Shown here: in pieces, positions 17,101 through 27,366 of the stretch
Numbering within the stretch: the stretch's first letter is position 1
Layout of the letters: each line of letters starts with the position of its first letter
NCBI GenBank assembly: GCA_945641355.1
Contig: CALZEQ010000002.1
Coordinates: 56,587-120,586 of the forward strand
Reading direction: 5' to 3'
Length of the DNA: 64,000 nucleotides
Source of the DNA: an uncultured Mediterranea sp.
GTDB lineage: Bacteria > Bacteroidota > Bacteroidia > Bacteroidales > Bacteroidaceae
The notes under the pieces: generated by a model
Database searches by the model: none
What the model was told of the DNA's origin: nothing
What the model saw: only the letters and a program-made list of their open reading frames with translations
Position numbers and translations under genes: made by a program

Positions 17101-17942
17101 GTTTGGACAGCTTCCCGGAACTGACCCGCGAACAGTATTTTACTGTGAATGCCAAGAACGAGCTTTTCCTGGATACCTTGGTGCGCTACGGTAACCGCTA
17201 TCAGGCCGATCAGGCTGCAGCGGCCAACTCGCTGTTCGGAGGCGAGAATGTAGTGGAAATCGCTACGCCGGAGATTCTGCCGGCCGATCGATGGAGTGAC
17301 CTTGACCGGTTGAACAGGGAACGCGAACTGGTAGGTATCTACCTCTCGGCCCATCCGCTTGACGAATATGCCATTGTGCTGGAGCACGTATGCAATACCC
17401 ACATGGCCGACTTGGAAGATAAGGCAGCTTTGGCGGGACGCGACATTACGATGGGAGGCATCGTCACATCGGTGCGCAGGGGCATCAGCAAGAACGGGAA
17501 TCCCTATGGCATTGCCAAGATAGAGGACTATTCTGGTTCGGCCGAACTGCCTTTCTGGGGAGCCGATTGGGTGAATTATCAGGGCTATCTGGGTGAACGG
17601 ACCTTCCTCTACATCCATGCCAAGTGTCAGCCCCGGCAATGGAAGCCCGATGAGTTGGAACTGAAAATCACCGGCATAGAACTGCTACCCGACGTGAAGG
17701 AGAAGCTGATAGAGAAGATTACCATCCTCCTGCCGCTCTCGGCACTCAACAAGGCGTTGGTGTCTGACCTCTCCGAGCTGGTGAAACGCCATCCGGGGAG
17801 TACCGAACTCTATTTCCGTTTGCAGGATCCGGAAGACCACATTACACTGGATATGGTTTCGCGTCCGCTGAAACTTTCCGTGGGACGTGAACTTATCTCG
17901 TATATAAACGAGCATCCAAACTTGGAGTTTCAGATAAATTGA
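14142..17942 (+). CDS. dnaE: DNA polymerase III alpha subunit
   Basis: 1266 aa. PHP domain (HLHVHTQYSLLDG), polymerase core (FERFLNPDRISLPDIDVDF), and OB-fold C-terminus. Confidence 0.95.
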   Translation: MQDFVHLHVHTQYSLLDGQASIPRLVDKAMKDGMKGIAVTDHGNMFAIKEFTNYVNKKNSGPKGEVKDLKKRMAGIESGEIACEDKEAELAACRAAIAEAEDRLFKPIVGCEMYVARRTMDKKEGKPDQSGWHLVVLAKNEKGYHNLIKLVSRAWTKGYYMRPRTDRSELEKFHEGLIVCSACIGGEVPKKIINDDLEGAEEAIRWYKNLFGDDYYLELQRHRATVPRANHEAYPMQQKANAKLLEYAQKYNIKVICSNDVHFVDEENAEAHDRLICLSTGKDLDDPTRMLYTKQEWMKTKAEMNELFADVPDALSNTLEVLDKVEYYSIDHPPIMPTFAIPVEFGTEEEYRRRFTEKDLFDEFTQDENGRVVLDEETAKAKIKRLGGYDKLYRIKLEADYLAKLAFDGARRLYGDPLTDEIKERLVFELYIMKTMGFPGYFLIVQDFINAARSQLGVSVGPGRGSAAGSAVAYCLGITKIDPIQYDLLFERFLNPDRISLPDIDVDFDDDGRGEVLRWVTEKYGQEKVAHIITYGTMATKMAIKDVARVQKLPLAESDRLCKLIPDKLPSGKKLNLGNAIDEIPELQAAEASPDPLLRDTMKYARMLEGNVRGTGVHACGTIICRDDITDWVPVSTADDKETGEKMLVTQYEGSVIEDTGLIKMDFLGLKTLSIIKEAVENIRLHRGIELDIDKIPIDDPATYQLYCEGRTIGTFQFESAGMQKYLRELQPGTFEDLIAMNALYRPGPMDYIPDFIDRKWGRKPIEYDIPIMEKYLKDTYGITVYQEQVMLLSRLLADFTRGESDALRKAMGKKLRDKLDHMKPKFISGGQKNGHDPKVLEKIWADWEKFASYAFNKSHATCYSWVAYQTAYLKANYPAEYMAAVMSRSLSDITTITKLMDECKSMNIKVLGPDVNESNMKFTVNPEGNIRFGLGAVKGVGESAVASIIEERKKGGAFKGIFDFVQRVNLNACNKKNLECLALAGGLDSFPELTREQYFTVNAKNELFLDTLVRYGNRYQADQAAAANSLFGGENVVEIATPEILPADRWSDLDRLNRERELVGIYLSAHPLDEYAIVLEHVCNTHMADLEDKAALAGRDITMGGIVTSVRRGISKNGNPYGIAKIEDYSGSAELPFWGADWVNYQGYLGERTFLYIHAKCQPRQWKPDELELKITGIELLPDVKEKLIEKITILLPLSALNKALVSDLSELVKRHPGSTELYFRLQDPEDHITLDMVSRPLKLSVGRELISYINEHPNLEFQIN

Positions 17943-18027
17943 GTATCTTTGCGGAGAATCTGATGAGGCCGGCGGCAGTGTCGGCAAACAATGTCAAGAT
18001 AAGTATTAATTTAAAAATAGATTAGAC

Positions 18028-18342
18028 ATGGCTTTAGAAATTACAGACAGCAATTACAAGGAAATCCTGGCAGAAGGCAAGCCAGTAGTGATGGACTTTT
18101 GGGCACCTTGGTGCGGCCCTTGCAAGATGGTGAGCCCCATTATCGATGAGCTGGCCGCCGAGTACGAAGGACGTGTGATTATCGGTAAGTGTGACGTGGA
18201 CGATAATGACGAGGTCGCTGTTGAATTTGGCATTCGCAGCATTCCTACAGTGCTCTTCTTCAAGGATGGCAAGCAGGTGGACAAGCAGGTGGGCTCGGCT
18301 GCCAAGTCTGTCTTCGCTACCAAGATAGAGGCTTTGCTTTAA
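18028..18342 (+). CDS. trxA: Thioredoxin
   Basis: 104 aa with the WCGPC active site. Confidence 0.95.
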   Translation: MALEITDSNYKEILAEGKPVVMDFWAPWCGPCKMVSPIIDELAAEYEGRVIIGKCDVDDNDEVAVEFGIRSIPTVLFFKDGKQVDKQVGSAAKSVFATKIEALL

Positions 18343-18401
18343 GAATCATAGACCCGACCGACACGGTTACGGTTAGTATAAACCTGTTTAAATAGAGAAT
18401 T

Positions 18402-18734
18402 ATGGGACTGGAAGACGAATTCTTGCTGGAAGATGCCGATGACGAAAAGACCATCGAGTACATCAAAAACTATTTGCCTCAGGAGTTGAAGGACAAGTTC
18501 TCGGACGATGAACTTTGCTACTTCCTGGATGTAATGGACGAATATTATGTCGAAAGTGGCATATTGGATGCCGATCCGGATGCTGACGGTTATGTAGAGA
18601 TTGATCTGGACAAGGTAGTGGACTATATTGTCAAAGAGGCTCGTAAGGATAAAATGGGTGAGTACGATCCGGAGGAAATCTTGTTTGTCGTACAAGGCGA
18701 GATGGAGTACGGTGACTCTTTGGCCGAGGAATGA
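18402..18734 (+). CDS. Small, highly acidic hypothetical protein (110 aa)
   Basis: Clean ORF between trxA and a strong terminator. D/E-rich throughout. No recognisable family. Confidence 0.5.
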   Translation: MGLEDEFLLEDADDEKTIEYIKNYLPQELKDKFSDDELCYFLDVMDEYYVESGILDADPDADGYVEIDLDKVVDYIVKEARKDKMGEYDPEEILFVVQGEMEYGDSLAEE

Positions 18735-18764
18735 CCAGATAATCACTGCTTCCCGAGTACAAAT

Positions 18765-18807
18765 TGCAATTCCCCCAACCGCGCCAATGCCGGTTGGGGG
18801 AATTGCA
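18765..18807. terminator. Bidirectional terminator hairpin between convergent genes
   Basis: Perfect 17-bp stem TGCAATTCCCCCAACCG / CGGTTGGGGGAATTGCA with a 9-nt loop and A/T-rich flanks. Confidence 0.8.
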
Positions 18808-18839
18808 TTATATATATGGGTGCAAGAACCACTCTCTTA

Positions 18840-19808
18840 TCAGCGGAATCGGGCTTCGTCGGTCAGGTGGAAGCCTCGTAGCAATTCGTCTACTGCCAAT
18901 CGCTTTTTGCCCGCTAGCTGCAGGGAACGGATGCCGATAAAGCCATCGGCCACGGCTACGTGCAGATACTTCTTCCCGTCGGTCTGTATGCTGCCCACGG
19001 TGAGTGAATGGACTGCGGGCAGTTTTTCTGTTTCAAACACCTTGACTGTCAGTATCTCTCCGGTAGGCAAATGGAGTTCGGACCAGGCAGCCGGATAGGG
19101 TGACAATCCTCGGACGAAGTCGTATATACGTTTTGCCGGGCTGTCCCATTGGATGCGGCAGGTCTCTTTGAAAATCTTGGGAGCCGGACGCAATACCTCG
19201 CCGGATGCCATCTCTTCTTGGGGAATGGTGGTGACGTGACCACTTAGTATGGCATCGACAGTCTCCGTTACCAACTGCCCGCCCAGCATCATCAGACGAT
19301 CGTGTACGATGCCTACATCGTCAGTGTCGGCGATGGGTACACGTACCTGTTGGATGACTTCGCCGGTGTCAATCTCATGCTTTAGGAAGAAGGTCGTAAT
19401 GCCGGTCTCCGTGTCTCCGTTGATGACGGCCCAGTTGATGGGGGCAGCTCCCCGATACTGAGGCAACAGCGAGGCGTGCAGGTTGAAGGTGCCCATACGG
19501 GGCATATCCCATACAACTTGGGGCAACATACGGAAGGCAACGACAATCTGCAGGTCGGCCTGCCAGGCACGCAACGATTCCAGAAACGACTCGTCTTTCA
19601 GCTTCTCCGGTTGTAGCAGCGGCAATCCTTGTGACAAGGCATACTGCTTGACGGGTGAATACTGCAGCTTGTGTCCGCGTCCGGCAGGCTTGTCGGGCAT
19701 GGTGATGACACCTACCACGTTGTAGCCGCCTTCTACCAGACGGCGTAGCGATTCCACGGCAAACTCGGGAGTTCCCATATAGACAATTCGTAAATCTTTC
19801 TTTTCCAT
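18840..19808 (-). CDS. fmt: Methionyl-tRNA formyltransferase
   Basis: RIVYMGTPEFA N-terminus and the HASLLPQYRGAAPI motif. ATG at 19808 is preferred over the TTG at 19826. Confidence 0.9.
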   Translation of the reverse strand: MEKKDLRIVYMGTPEFAVESLRRLVEGGYNVVGVITMPDKPAGRGHKLQYSPVKQYALSQGLPLLQPEKLKDESFLESLRAWQADLQIVVAFRMLPQVVWDMPRMGTFNLHASLLPQYRGAAPINWAVINGDTETGITTFFLKHEIDTGEVIQQVRVPIADTDDVGIVHDRLMMLGGQLVTETVDAILSGHVTTIPQEEMASGEVLRPAPKIFKETCRIQWDSPAKRIYDFVRGLSPYPAAWSELHLPTGEILTVKVFETEKLPAVHSLTVGSIQTDGKKYLHVAVADGFIGIRSLQLAGKKRLAVDELLRGFHLTDEARFR

Positions 19809-19851
19809 AATGTTTCTGATTTCCAATGGTTAGTAGACAGGAGCGCCGGTG

Positions 19852-21639
19852 TCATTCGTCGGAGAAGTGTACCAGTACTTGTCGGTATGAGTTGAATATC
19901 TTCGATTTGGAGACAAAACCTAAATATTTGCCGGAAGCATCGACCACGGGCAGATTCCAGGCATGGGTATCGTCAAAGGTACGCATCACCTGTTCCATGC
20001 TGTCGGTATCGTGCAGGCGTGCGGGAGCCGATGTCATGAACTTCTCTACCCGGAAGCGGTGATACAGCTCTTGCCGGAACATGATGTTGCGGATGTCATC
20101 CAGCAGGACGATGCCCAATAAGATTCCTTGCTCGTTAGTGACGGGGAACATATTGCGTCGCGAGGTAGAGATGACCTTGACCACTTCACCTAAATCCATC
20201 TCGGGATGTACGGCAATAAAGTCGGTCTCTACCACGTTCTCCACTTTCATCAGTGTCAGTACGGCTTTGTCCTTATGGTGCGTCAGCAGTTCGCCTTTTT
20301 TGGCTAAACGCATGGAGTAGATGCTGTGAGGCTCAAAGACGATGATGGTGAGGTAGGAGCTGACAGCCACAATCATGAGCGGCAGGAAGAGGTCGTAGCC
20401 ACCTGTCAGTTCGGCAATCAGGAAGACTCCGGTCAAGGGGGCGTGCATCACACCGCTCATTACACCGGCCATGCCCATCAGGGCAAAGTTCTTTTCGGGC
20501 AGATAAGCAGTCGCAGCAAACTCGTTGCTGAAGTGGGAGAAGACGAAACCGGCAATGCAGCCCAGATAGAGCGAGGGGGCAAAGATACCACCGCAACCGC
20601 CACCTCCGTTGGTGGCGCTGGAGGCGAAGACCTTGAAGAGGATGATGAGCAGCAGGTACAGCAGCAACAGGTTGCCATGCCCGTAGAAGAGGGAGTTGTT
20701 CAATACAGTGTCCCACTCATCGTTACTGACCCCGTTGAGCAGCAACTCTATGGTGTCATAACCTTCACCATAGAGCGGGGGAAACAGGAAGATGAGCACG
20801 CTAAGCATCGTGCCGCCTAACAGCAGTTTCTTGTAGGGTGACTTCAGCTTGCCGAAGAGTCCCTCCACAGAGCTCATGGCGCGTGTAAAGTAGAGCGATA
20901 CCAGTCCGCAAAAGATGCCCAGCAGGATGACGTAAGGAATACGTTCCAGTTGGAATGCGTCGTCGAGGTGGAACTTAAACATGGCATCGGTACCGGTGGT
21001 GATATAAGAGACGGTGGCTGCCGTCACCGCCGATATGAGCAATGGCAGGAGTGATGACATGGTAAGGTCTATCATCAGCACCTCCAGCGTGAAGACCAGT
21101 CCGGCAATGGGAGCCTTGAAAATGCCGGCTACGGCACCGGCGGCACCGCAGCCCACCAGCAGCATCAGTGTGTGGTGCTCCATCTTGAAGAGGCTGCCCA
21201 GGTTGGAGCCGATAGCCGATCCGGTCAGTACGATAGGTGCCTCTGCTCCCACCGAACCACCAAAACCGATGGTGATGGAGCTGGCTATGATGGACGACCA
21301 CGTATTGTGACGTTTGATGCGTCCTTGCCTGCGGGAGATGGCGTAGAGAATCTTGGTAACTCCGTGGCTGATATCGTCCTTCACCACTCGCCGTACGAAA
21401 AGGCCGGCCAGAAAGATACCCACCACCGGATAGACCAGATAGAGGTAGTTGGCTTCTGTGGTGTTGAAGTTTTCGGTCAGGAAATTCTGTATCCAGTGTA
21501 TCAGCATCTTCAGTATCAAAGCTGCCAATGCCGTGAAGATACCTACCAAAAAACTAAGTATCAGGATGAACTGTTTCTCCTTGATGTGCTGTTCGCGCCA
21601 TAGAAGAAATCGTTGTAAGGTTGTCTTTCGGTCCATCAT
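19852..21639 (-). CDS. ClC-family voltage-gated chloride channel/antiporter with C-terminal CBS pair
   Basis: GSGIP-like GGSVGAEAP, GIFAPSL and GGYDL motifs. Polytopic, with two CBS-like repeats at the C-terminus. Confidence 0.85.
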   Translation of the reverse strand: MMDRKTTLQRFLLWREQHIKEKQFILILSFLVGIFTALAALILKMLIHWIQNFLTENFNTTEANYLYLVYPVVGIFLAGLFVRRVVKDDISHGVTKILYAISRRQGRIKRHNTWSSIIASSITIGFGGSVGAEAPIVLTGSAIGSNLGSLFKMEHHTLMLLVGCGAAGAVAGIFKAPIAGLVFTLEVLMIDLTMSSLLPLLISAVTAATVSYITTGTDAMFKFHLDDAFQLERIPYVILLGIFCGLVSLYFTRAMSSVEGLFGKLKSPYKKLLLGGTMLSVLIFLFPPLYGEGYDTIELLLNGVSNDEWDTVLNNSLFYGHGNLLLLYLLLIILFKVFASSATNGGGGCGGIFAPSLYLGCIAGFVFSHFSNEFAATAYLPEKNFALMGMAGVMSGVMHAPLTGVFLIAELTGGYDLFLPLMIVAVSSYLTIIVFEPHSIYSMRLAKKGELLTHHKDKAVLTLMKVENVVETDFIAVHPEMDLGEVVKVISTSRRNMFPVTNEQGILLGIVLLDDIRNIMFRQELYHRFRVEKFMTSAPARLHDTDSMEQVMRTFDDTHAWNLPVVDASGKYLGFVSKSKIFNSYRQVLVHFSDE

Positions 21640-21704
21640 TTGCTGTCTTTTAAAATCATACTAATCTCTGCATCCATTTAAAGTCAGAAATCTCTCCTTA
21701 AGTG

Positions 21705-22277
21705 TTATTCTCGGATTATCTGGACAACTCCTCCTTGTCCCAGTTTGATGATGCTGGAGGGACGGACTGTCGTCTGTTCGTCACGACGATAATCCACAAT
21801 ATAGTCCACAGCCGACTTGATCTCCTCGCTGATTTCAGCAAAGGTGTGGGCGGCTGGTGATCCGCTGATATTGGCCGAGGTCGATACAATCGCCTTACGG
21901 AACTGTTGGCACAATCGCTGTGAGAATGCCTCGCGGGTGACGCGGATGCCCACACTGCCATCTTCGGCCAGCAGGTTGGAGGCGAGATTGCGTGCTCCGG
22001 AGTAGATGATAGTCAGCGGCTTGTCGGCCAGCTCTATCAAGTCCCAGGCTATTTCGGGTACATTGCGTACATAGAAGTCTACCTTGACGGCCGAATCCAC
22101 CAGTACCAACATGGCTTTGCTGTCGGCCCTTCGTTTGATGTCGTATACCCTACGCACCGCCTCTTCGTTTGTGGCATCACATCCGATGCCCCATACCGTA
22201 TCGGTAGGATACAGTATGACTCCGCCTTCGTTCAACACTTGGCAGGCTTTCTTGATTTCGTCTTTCATTGCTATCAT
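21705..22277 (-). CDS. tsaC: L-threonylcarbamoyladenylate synthase (YrdC/TsaC family)
   Basis: ILYPTDTVWGIGCDA and STSANISG motifs. Start placed at MIAMKDE (ATG at 22277). Confidence 0.8.
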   Translation of the reverse strand: MIAMKDEIKKACQVLNEGGVILYPTDTVWGIGCDATNEEAVRRVYDIKRRADSKAMLVLVDSAVKVDFYVRNVPEIAWDLIELADKPLTIIYSGARNLASNLLAEDGSVGIRVTREAFSQRLCQQFRKAIVSTSANISGSPAAHTFAEISEEIKSAVDYIVDYRRDEQTTVRPSSIIKLGQGGVVQIIRE

Positions 22278-22616
22278 TTTTCTGACCCGCCCTTCTGTAG
22301 CAGGAAGGACTTCGGGCTTACGAGACGCAAAAGTAACACTTTTCCGCAGACAATGAAAAGTCCGCTCCACATTTCGTGCGAATTCTTTTTGCCTCTCCTC
22401 TTAGAACGCGGATGGAGGGCTACACCTGATTGTGAAGGGGGAGAAATAAAAATATTGCCATGCAAATGAATATTTTTTCATGAAAGGGGAAATGTTTCAT
22501 TTGTTTTTCATATCTTTACCGCTTGTTGGAGGAAAATGGGCGAACGGCCCCTTGTATGTGCACATTTGTGCTCTCCCTCTGACTCTGAGACAGAGAAAGA
22601 AAAAATAATATATATA

Positions 22617-24332
22617 ATGACTCACAAATGGAACTATGTACCCATTACACCCGAACAGATAGAAGCGAGCCAGCAACTGGCCCAATCACTGGGCATTAGC
22701 CCGGTGCTGGGACGACTGCTGGTAGAGCGGGGAATCACTACCGTGGCTGAGGCAAGGAAGTTCTTCCGTCCGCAACTACCTGATTTGCACGACCCTTTCC
22801 TGATGAAAGATATGGACGTGGCCGTGGAACGCCTGAACAAGGCAATGGGAAGGAAAGAAAAAATTCTGATTTATGGTGATTATGATGTAGACGGGACTAC
22901 AGCTGTAGCACTGGTCTACAAGTTTATCCAACAGTTCTATTCGAACATTGACTACTACATCCCCGACCGTTACAACGAGGGGTATGGTGTGACGGACAAA
23001 GGGGTGGAATATGCGGAGGAGACGGGCGTAAAGCTGGTCATTGTACTGGACTGCGGCATTAAGGCCGTGGAGGAGATAGCCTGTGCCAAGGAGAGAGGCA
23101 TAGACTTTATCATCTGCGACCACCACGTCCCCGATGAAGTGTTGCCGCCTGCCGTGGCCATTCTCAATGCCAAGCGGGAAGACAATACCTACCCCTATGA
23201 ACATCTGTCGGGGTGTGGTGTCGGTTTCAAGTTCATGCAGGCTTTTGCCATCAGCAACGGCATCGAGTTTCATCATCTCATTCCGCTGCTCGATTTGGTG
23301 GCAGTCAGCATTGCATCGGATATCGTGCCAATTATGGGGGAGAACCGTATTCTGGCTTATCATGGACTGAAACAGCTGAACAGCAATCCCAGTGTGGGCT
23401 TGAAAGCCATCATTGATGTGTGCGGACTGACGGAACGCGACCTGACCATGAGTGACATTGTCTTCAAGATAGGGCCGCGCATCAATGCTTCGGGACGTAT
23501 ACAGAATGGAAAGGAAGCGGTGGATTTGTTGACGGAGAAGGACTTCTCTGCAGCACTGGAGAAGGCCGGACAAATCAACCAGTACAACGAAACCCGTAAG
23601 GACCTGGACAAGAGCATGACGGAAGAGGCCAATCGGATTGTGGCCGGATTGGACGGTCTGTCGGAGCGGCGTTCCATCGTGCTTTACAACGAGGATTGGC
23701 ATAAGGGAGTGATTGGTATCGTGGCTTCCCGCCTGACGGAGATTTACTACCGTCCGGCGGTGGTATTGACACGCACCAACGACCTCGCAACAGGTTCGGC
23801 GCGTTCGGTGTCGGGCTTCGATGTCTACAAGGCCATCGAGTATTGCCGCGACCTGTTGGAGAATTTCGGAGGGCATACGTATGCAGCCGGACTCTCGATG
23901 AAAGCAGAGAATGTACAGGCTTTCACCGAACGGTTTGAAGAATTCGTGTCGCAAAATATACTGCCGGAACAGACTTGTGCCGTCATCGATGTCAATGCAG
24001 AGATAGATTTCAGGGATATCACCCCGAAGTTCTTCAACGACCTGAAGAAATTCAATCCCTTCGGTCCGGAGAACGTAAAACCAATCTTCTGTACGCACAA
24101 CGTGTATGATTACGGAACCAGCAAGGTAGTGGGACGCGACCAGGAACATATCAAACTGGAATTGGTGGACAATAAGTCGAATAACGTGATGAACGGAATC
24201 GCTTTCGGGCAGAGTTCGCACGTGCGTTTCATCAAGAGCAAACGCTCGTTTGACATCTGCTACACCATTGAGGAGAATACGCACAAGAAGGGTGAGGTAC
24301 AGTTGCAGATAGAAGACATCAAGCCGAACTGA
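22617..24332 (+). CDS. recJ: Single-stranded-DNA-specific exonuclease RecJ
   Basis: DHH motifs (IYGDYDVDGTT, DCG, ICDHH) and a DHHA1 region (GGHTYAAG). Start at MTHKWNY. Confidence 0.9.
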   Translation: MTHKWNYVPITPEQIEASQQLAQSLGISPVLGRLLVERGITTVAEARKFFRPQLPDLHDPFLMKDMDVAVERLNKAMGRKEKILIYGDYDVDGTTAVALVYKFIQQFYSNIDYYIPDRYNEGYGVTDKGVEYAEETGVKLVIVLDCGIKAVEEIACAKERGIDFIICDHHVPDEVLPPAVAILNAKREDNTYPYEHLSGCGVGFKFMQAFAISNGIEFHHLIPLLDLVAVSIASDIVPIMGENRILAYHGLKQLNSNPSVGLKAIIDVCGLTERDLTMSDIVFKIGPRINASGRIQNGKEAVDLLTEKDFSAALEKAGQINQYNETRKDLDKSMTEEANRIVAGLDGLSERRSIVLYNEDWHKGVIGIVASRLTEIYYRPAVVLTRTNDLATGSARSVSGFDVYKAIEYCRDLLENFGGHTYAAGLSMKAENVQAFTERFEEFVSQNILPEQTCAVIDVNAEIDFRDITPKFFNDLKKFNPFGPENVKPIFCTHNVYDYGTSKVVGRDQEHIKLELVDNKSNNVMNGIAFGQSSHVRFIKSKRSFDICYTIEENTHKKGEVQLQIEDIKPN

Positions 24333-24342
24333 GAGGAACGGT

Positions 24343-26238
24343 ATGTATCATCAGATTCTGAAACAGTATTGGGGCTATGACTCATTCCGAGGCATACAGG
24401 AAGATATCATTCGCAGCATCGGACGTGGGGAAGACACCCTGGGACTGATGCCTACAGGTGGAGGCAAGTCCATCACCTTTCAGGTGCCGGCATTGGCCCA
24501 AGAGGGCTTGTGTCTTGTCATCACACCGCTCATCGCCCTGATGAAAGACCAGGTAGCCAACCTGCGGCAGAGGGGCATACAGGCCTTGGCCATCCATGCA
24601 GGTATGAGTCGTGAGGAGGTAGTCACAACGTTGGAAAACTGCATCTTCGGCCCCTACAAATTCCTGTACGTCTCGCCCGAACGATTGGGGACGGACATTT
24701 TTCGTACCAAGCTGAAGAAGATGCGAATTTCCATGATTACGGTGGATGAAAGCCATTGCATCTCCCAGTGGGGCTATGACTTCCGTCCGGCTTATCTGAA
24801 GATTGCAGAGATACGCTCACTGTTGCCGGGCGTGCCTGTGCTGGCTCTCACGGCCAGTGCAACGCCTGAGGTGGTTGCTGATATCCAGCGGAGATTGCTT
24901 TTTCCACGGGAGAACGTTTTCCGCATGAGCTTTGAACGGAAAAACTTAGCCTATATCGTACGACGTTCGGAAGACAAGGCGCAGGAACTGCTGCGTATAC
25001 TCAAGCGGATGCCTGGTAGTGCCATCGTCTATGTGCGGAACCGCAGGCGAACCAAGGAGGTGGCCGAACTGCTGAACGGCGAACAGATCAGTGCCGACTT
25101 TTATCATGCCGGCTTGGATGATGCGGCAAAAGACCTGCGGCAGCAACGTTGGAAGCGTGGGGAGAGTCGGGTGATGGTGGCCACCAATGCCTTCGGTATG
25201 GGTATTGACAAGCCGGATGTGCGTCTGGTCATCCACTTAGATTTGCCGGACTCCATCGAAGCCTATTTCCAAGAGGCGGGACGTGCCGGACGAGATGGAG
25301 AACAGGCGTATGCCGTCATTCTCTATGCCAATACGGACAAAGTCACGCTACAGCGCCGCATCGCCGATACGTTTCCCGACAAGGAGTATATCAAGGATGT
25401 GTACGAACATCTGCAATATTTTTATCAGATGGCAATGGGCGATGGTTTGGGATGCGTGCGTGAGTTTGATATCGATGCCTTTTGTCGTCAATACCACTAT
25501 TTCCCTGTACCGGTAGACAGTGCTTTGAAGATTCTGACGCTGGCCGGCTATCTGGAGTACACCGAGGAGCAGAACAACGCTTCGCGACTTCGTTTTACGC
25601 TGGAACGGGAAGAATTGTACAAACTGCAGCGGCAAGGTGAGGAGGGGGAGAGGCTGATACAAATGCTGCTTCGTTCGTACACGGGGCTCTTTACCGACTA
25701 TGCTTTTATCAGCGAGGAGGCGATGGCTGCCCGTACAGGTCTTTCTCTGCAGAAGGTGTTCGAACTGCTGATACACCTCTCCCGCCAGCGCATCATCAGC
25801 TATATCCCCCGTAAGAAGATACCATATATTATATACACGCGCGAGCGGGTAGAGACAGAACGGATGCACATTCCTCCAGAAGTGTATGAAGAGCGGAAGG
25901 AACGTTATACCAAACGCATCCATGCCATGCTGGAGTATGTGAATGACGACCATACTTGCCGCAGTCGGTTGTTGTTAAACTATTTTGGCGAACATAATGA
26001 ACACGCCTGCGGACAATGCGACATCTGTAGGAGTCAGTTGCACCGGGGCATCTCTTCAGTTACTCGGGACGAACGGATGCAGCACCTCTTGCATCTGTTG
26101 GCTGAACGCCCCCTTTCGCCGGTTGCGTTGGCGCAGGCTACGCTGTGGCCCGAGGAAGAATTGAGTGCAACCATCCGGCAGATGCTGGAGGAAAGGAGGA
26201 TAATTAGCGTCGATGGGATGCTGCAAATCAGAAAATAA
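24343..26238 (+). CDS. recQ: ATP-dependent DNA helicase, RecQ family
   Basis: MPTGGGKS Walker A, DESH box (VDESHCISQWGYDFRP), and a Zn-binding C4 cluster (CRSRLLLNYFGE...CGQCDIC). Confidence 0.9.
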   Translation: MYHQILKQYWGYDSFRGIQEDIIRSIGRGEDTLGLMPTGGGKSITFQVPALAQEGLCLVITPLIALMKDQVANLRQRGIQALAIHAGMSREEVVTTLENCIFGPYKFLYVSPERLGTDIFRTKLKKMRISMITVDESHCISQWGYDFRPAYLKIAEIRSLLPGVPVLALTASATPEVVADIQRRLLFPRENVFRMSFERKNLAYIVRRSEDKAQELLRILKRMPGSAIVYVRNRRRTKEVAELLNGEQISADFYHAGLDDAAKDLRQQRWKRGESRVMVATNAFGMGIDKPDVRLVIHLDLPDSIEAYFQEAGRAGRDGEQAYAVILYANTDKVTLQRRIADTFPDKEYIKDVYEHLQYFYQMAMGDGLGCVREFDIDAFCRQYHYFPVPVDSALKILTLAGYLEYTEEQNNASRLRFTLEREELYKLQRQGEEGERLIQMLLRSYTGLFTDYAFISEEAMAARTGLSLQKVFELLIHLSRQRIISYIPRKKIPYIIYTRERVETERMHIPPEVYEERKERYTKRIHAMLEYVNDDHTCRSRLLLNYFGEHNEHACGQCDICRSQLHRGISSVTRDERMQHLLHLLAERPLSPVALAQATLWPEEELSATIRQMLEERRIISVDGMLQIRK

Positions 26239-26280
26239 ATCCGTACTTTTGTCGTCAATCAAATAAACATCGTAATTCAC

Positions 26281-27240
26281 ATGGGATTCTTTAAATCTTT
26301 CTTCTCCGGCAAGGCGGAAAGCGCAGCCGATGAGAAACAAAAAAACGATCAGAAACGTTTCGAGATATTCAAGTATGACGGTATGCGTGCCCAGCGCATG
26401 GGACGTTCCGACTATGCCATCAAATGCTTTGTAGAAGCACTGCAGTTGCAGGAGGACTTCGAGACCATGGGCTATCTGGCGCAGACCTATATCCAGACGG
26501 GCAAGCTGGATGAGGCTCGCGAACTGCTGCAGCGCATGACACAGGCCGAACCCGAACATATCCCAACCCTTCTGACACTGGCTAATGTATGTTATATGCA
26601 GGAAGACTATCCTGCGATGGCCGAAGCAGCCCAGCAGGCCATTCGGATAGAGGCAGGAAATGCCATGGGGCATTATCTGCTGGGTAAGGCCGAAAACGGT
26701 CAGGGAAACGGACTGATGTGTGTGGCGCATCTTACGAAAGCCATCGTGCTGAAAGATGACTTTATCGAAGCACGCTTGCTGCGGGCGGAGGCGTTGATAC
26801 AGATGCATCAGTTCAAGGAGGCGGAGGAGGATATCGAGGCCATTCTGTCACACAATTCGGAAGAAGAGAGTGCCCTGTTGCTGCAAGGCAAACTTAAAGA
26901 GTCAACCGGTGCTCCCGATGAGGCCGAAAAGTGCTATCGTACCATCACGGAACTGAATCCCTTCAACGAACAGGCCTATCTGGCGTTGGGACAACTCTAT
27001 ATCACACAGAAAAAACTGTCGGAAGCGATTGCCCTCTTTGATGAGGCCATCGACTTGAATCCTGAATTTGCGGCTGCTTACCACGAACGTGGACGTGCCA
27101 AGTTGCTGAACGGCGATAAGGAGGGCTCGATGGAAGATATGAAGAAGGGGCTGGAGCTGAATCCGAAAGAGGGTGAACATGTGAACGGAGAATACAGCAA
27201 CCAACCCATAGGACGGCAGACGGACATCTTGGGACTCTAA
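26281..27240 (+). CDS. Tetratricopeptide-repeat protein
   Basis: Repeated 34-aa A/Y/L-patterned helices (for example AIALFDEAIDLNPEFAAAYHERGRAK). Confidence 0.75.
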   Translation: MGFFKSFFSGKAESAADEKQKNDQKRFEIFKYDGMRAQRMGRSDYAIKCFVEALQLQEDFETMGYLAQTYIQTGKLDEARELLQRMTQAEPEHIPTLLTLANVCYMQEDYPAMAEAAQQAIRIEAGNAMGHYLLGKAENGQGNGLMCVAHLTKAIVLKDDFIEARLLRAEALIQMHQFKEAEEDIEAILSHNSEEESALLLQGKLKESTGAPDEAEKCYRTITELNPFNEQAYLALGQLYITQKKLSEAIALFDEAIDLNPEFAAAYHERGRAKLLNGDKEGSMEDMKKGLELNPKEGEHVNGEYSNQPIGRQTDILGL

Positions 27241-27266
27241 TCCCCTGTCAGTGGAGTGATATACAT

Positions 27267-27331
27267 CAGAGGCACAAAATCACAGGCCGCTCCGGTAGAA
27301 AAAAGGAGGATCCCGTGGTTTTGTGCCTCTG
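27267..27331. terminator. Bidirectional terminator hairpin between convergent genes
   Basis: CAGAGGCACAAAATCAC / GTGGTTTTGTGCCTCTG (16 of 17 bp). Confidence 0.7.
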
Positions 27332-27366
27332 TCTATGAAGTCTCAACGATAGTAGTTGTACTTCTG

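Noticed and set aside
22776-24284. A 502-aa ORF antisense to recJ.
   Set aside because: Shadow ORF. recJ carries unambiguous DHH/DHHA1 motifs on the other strand.
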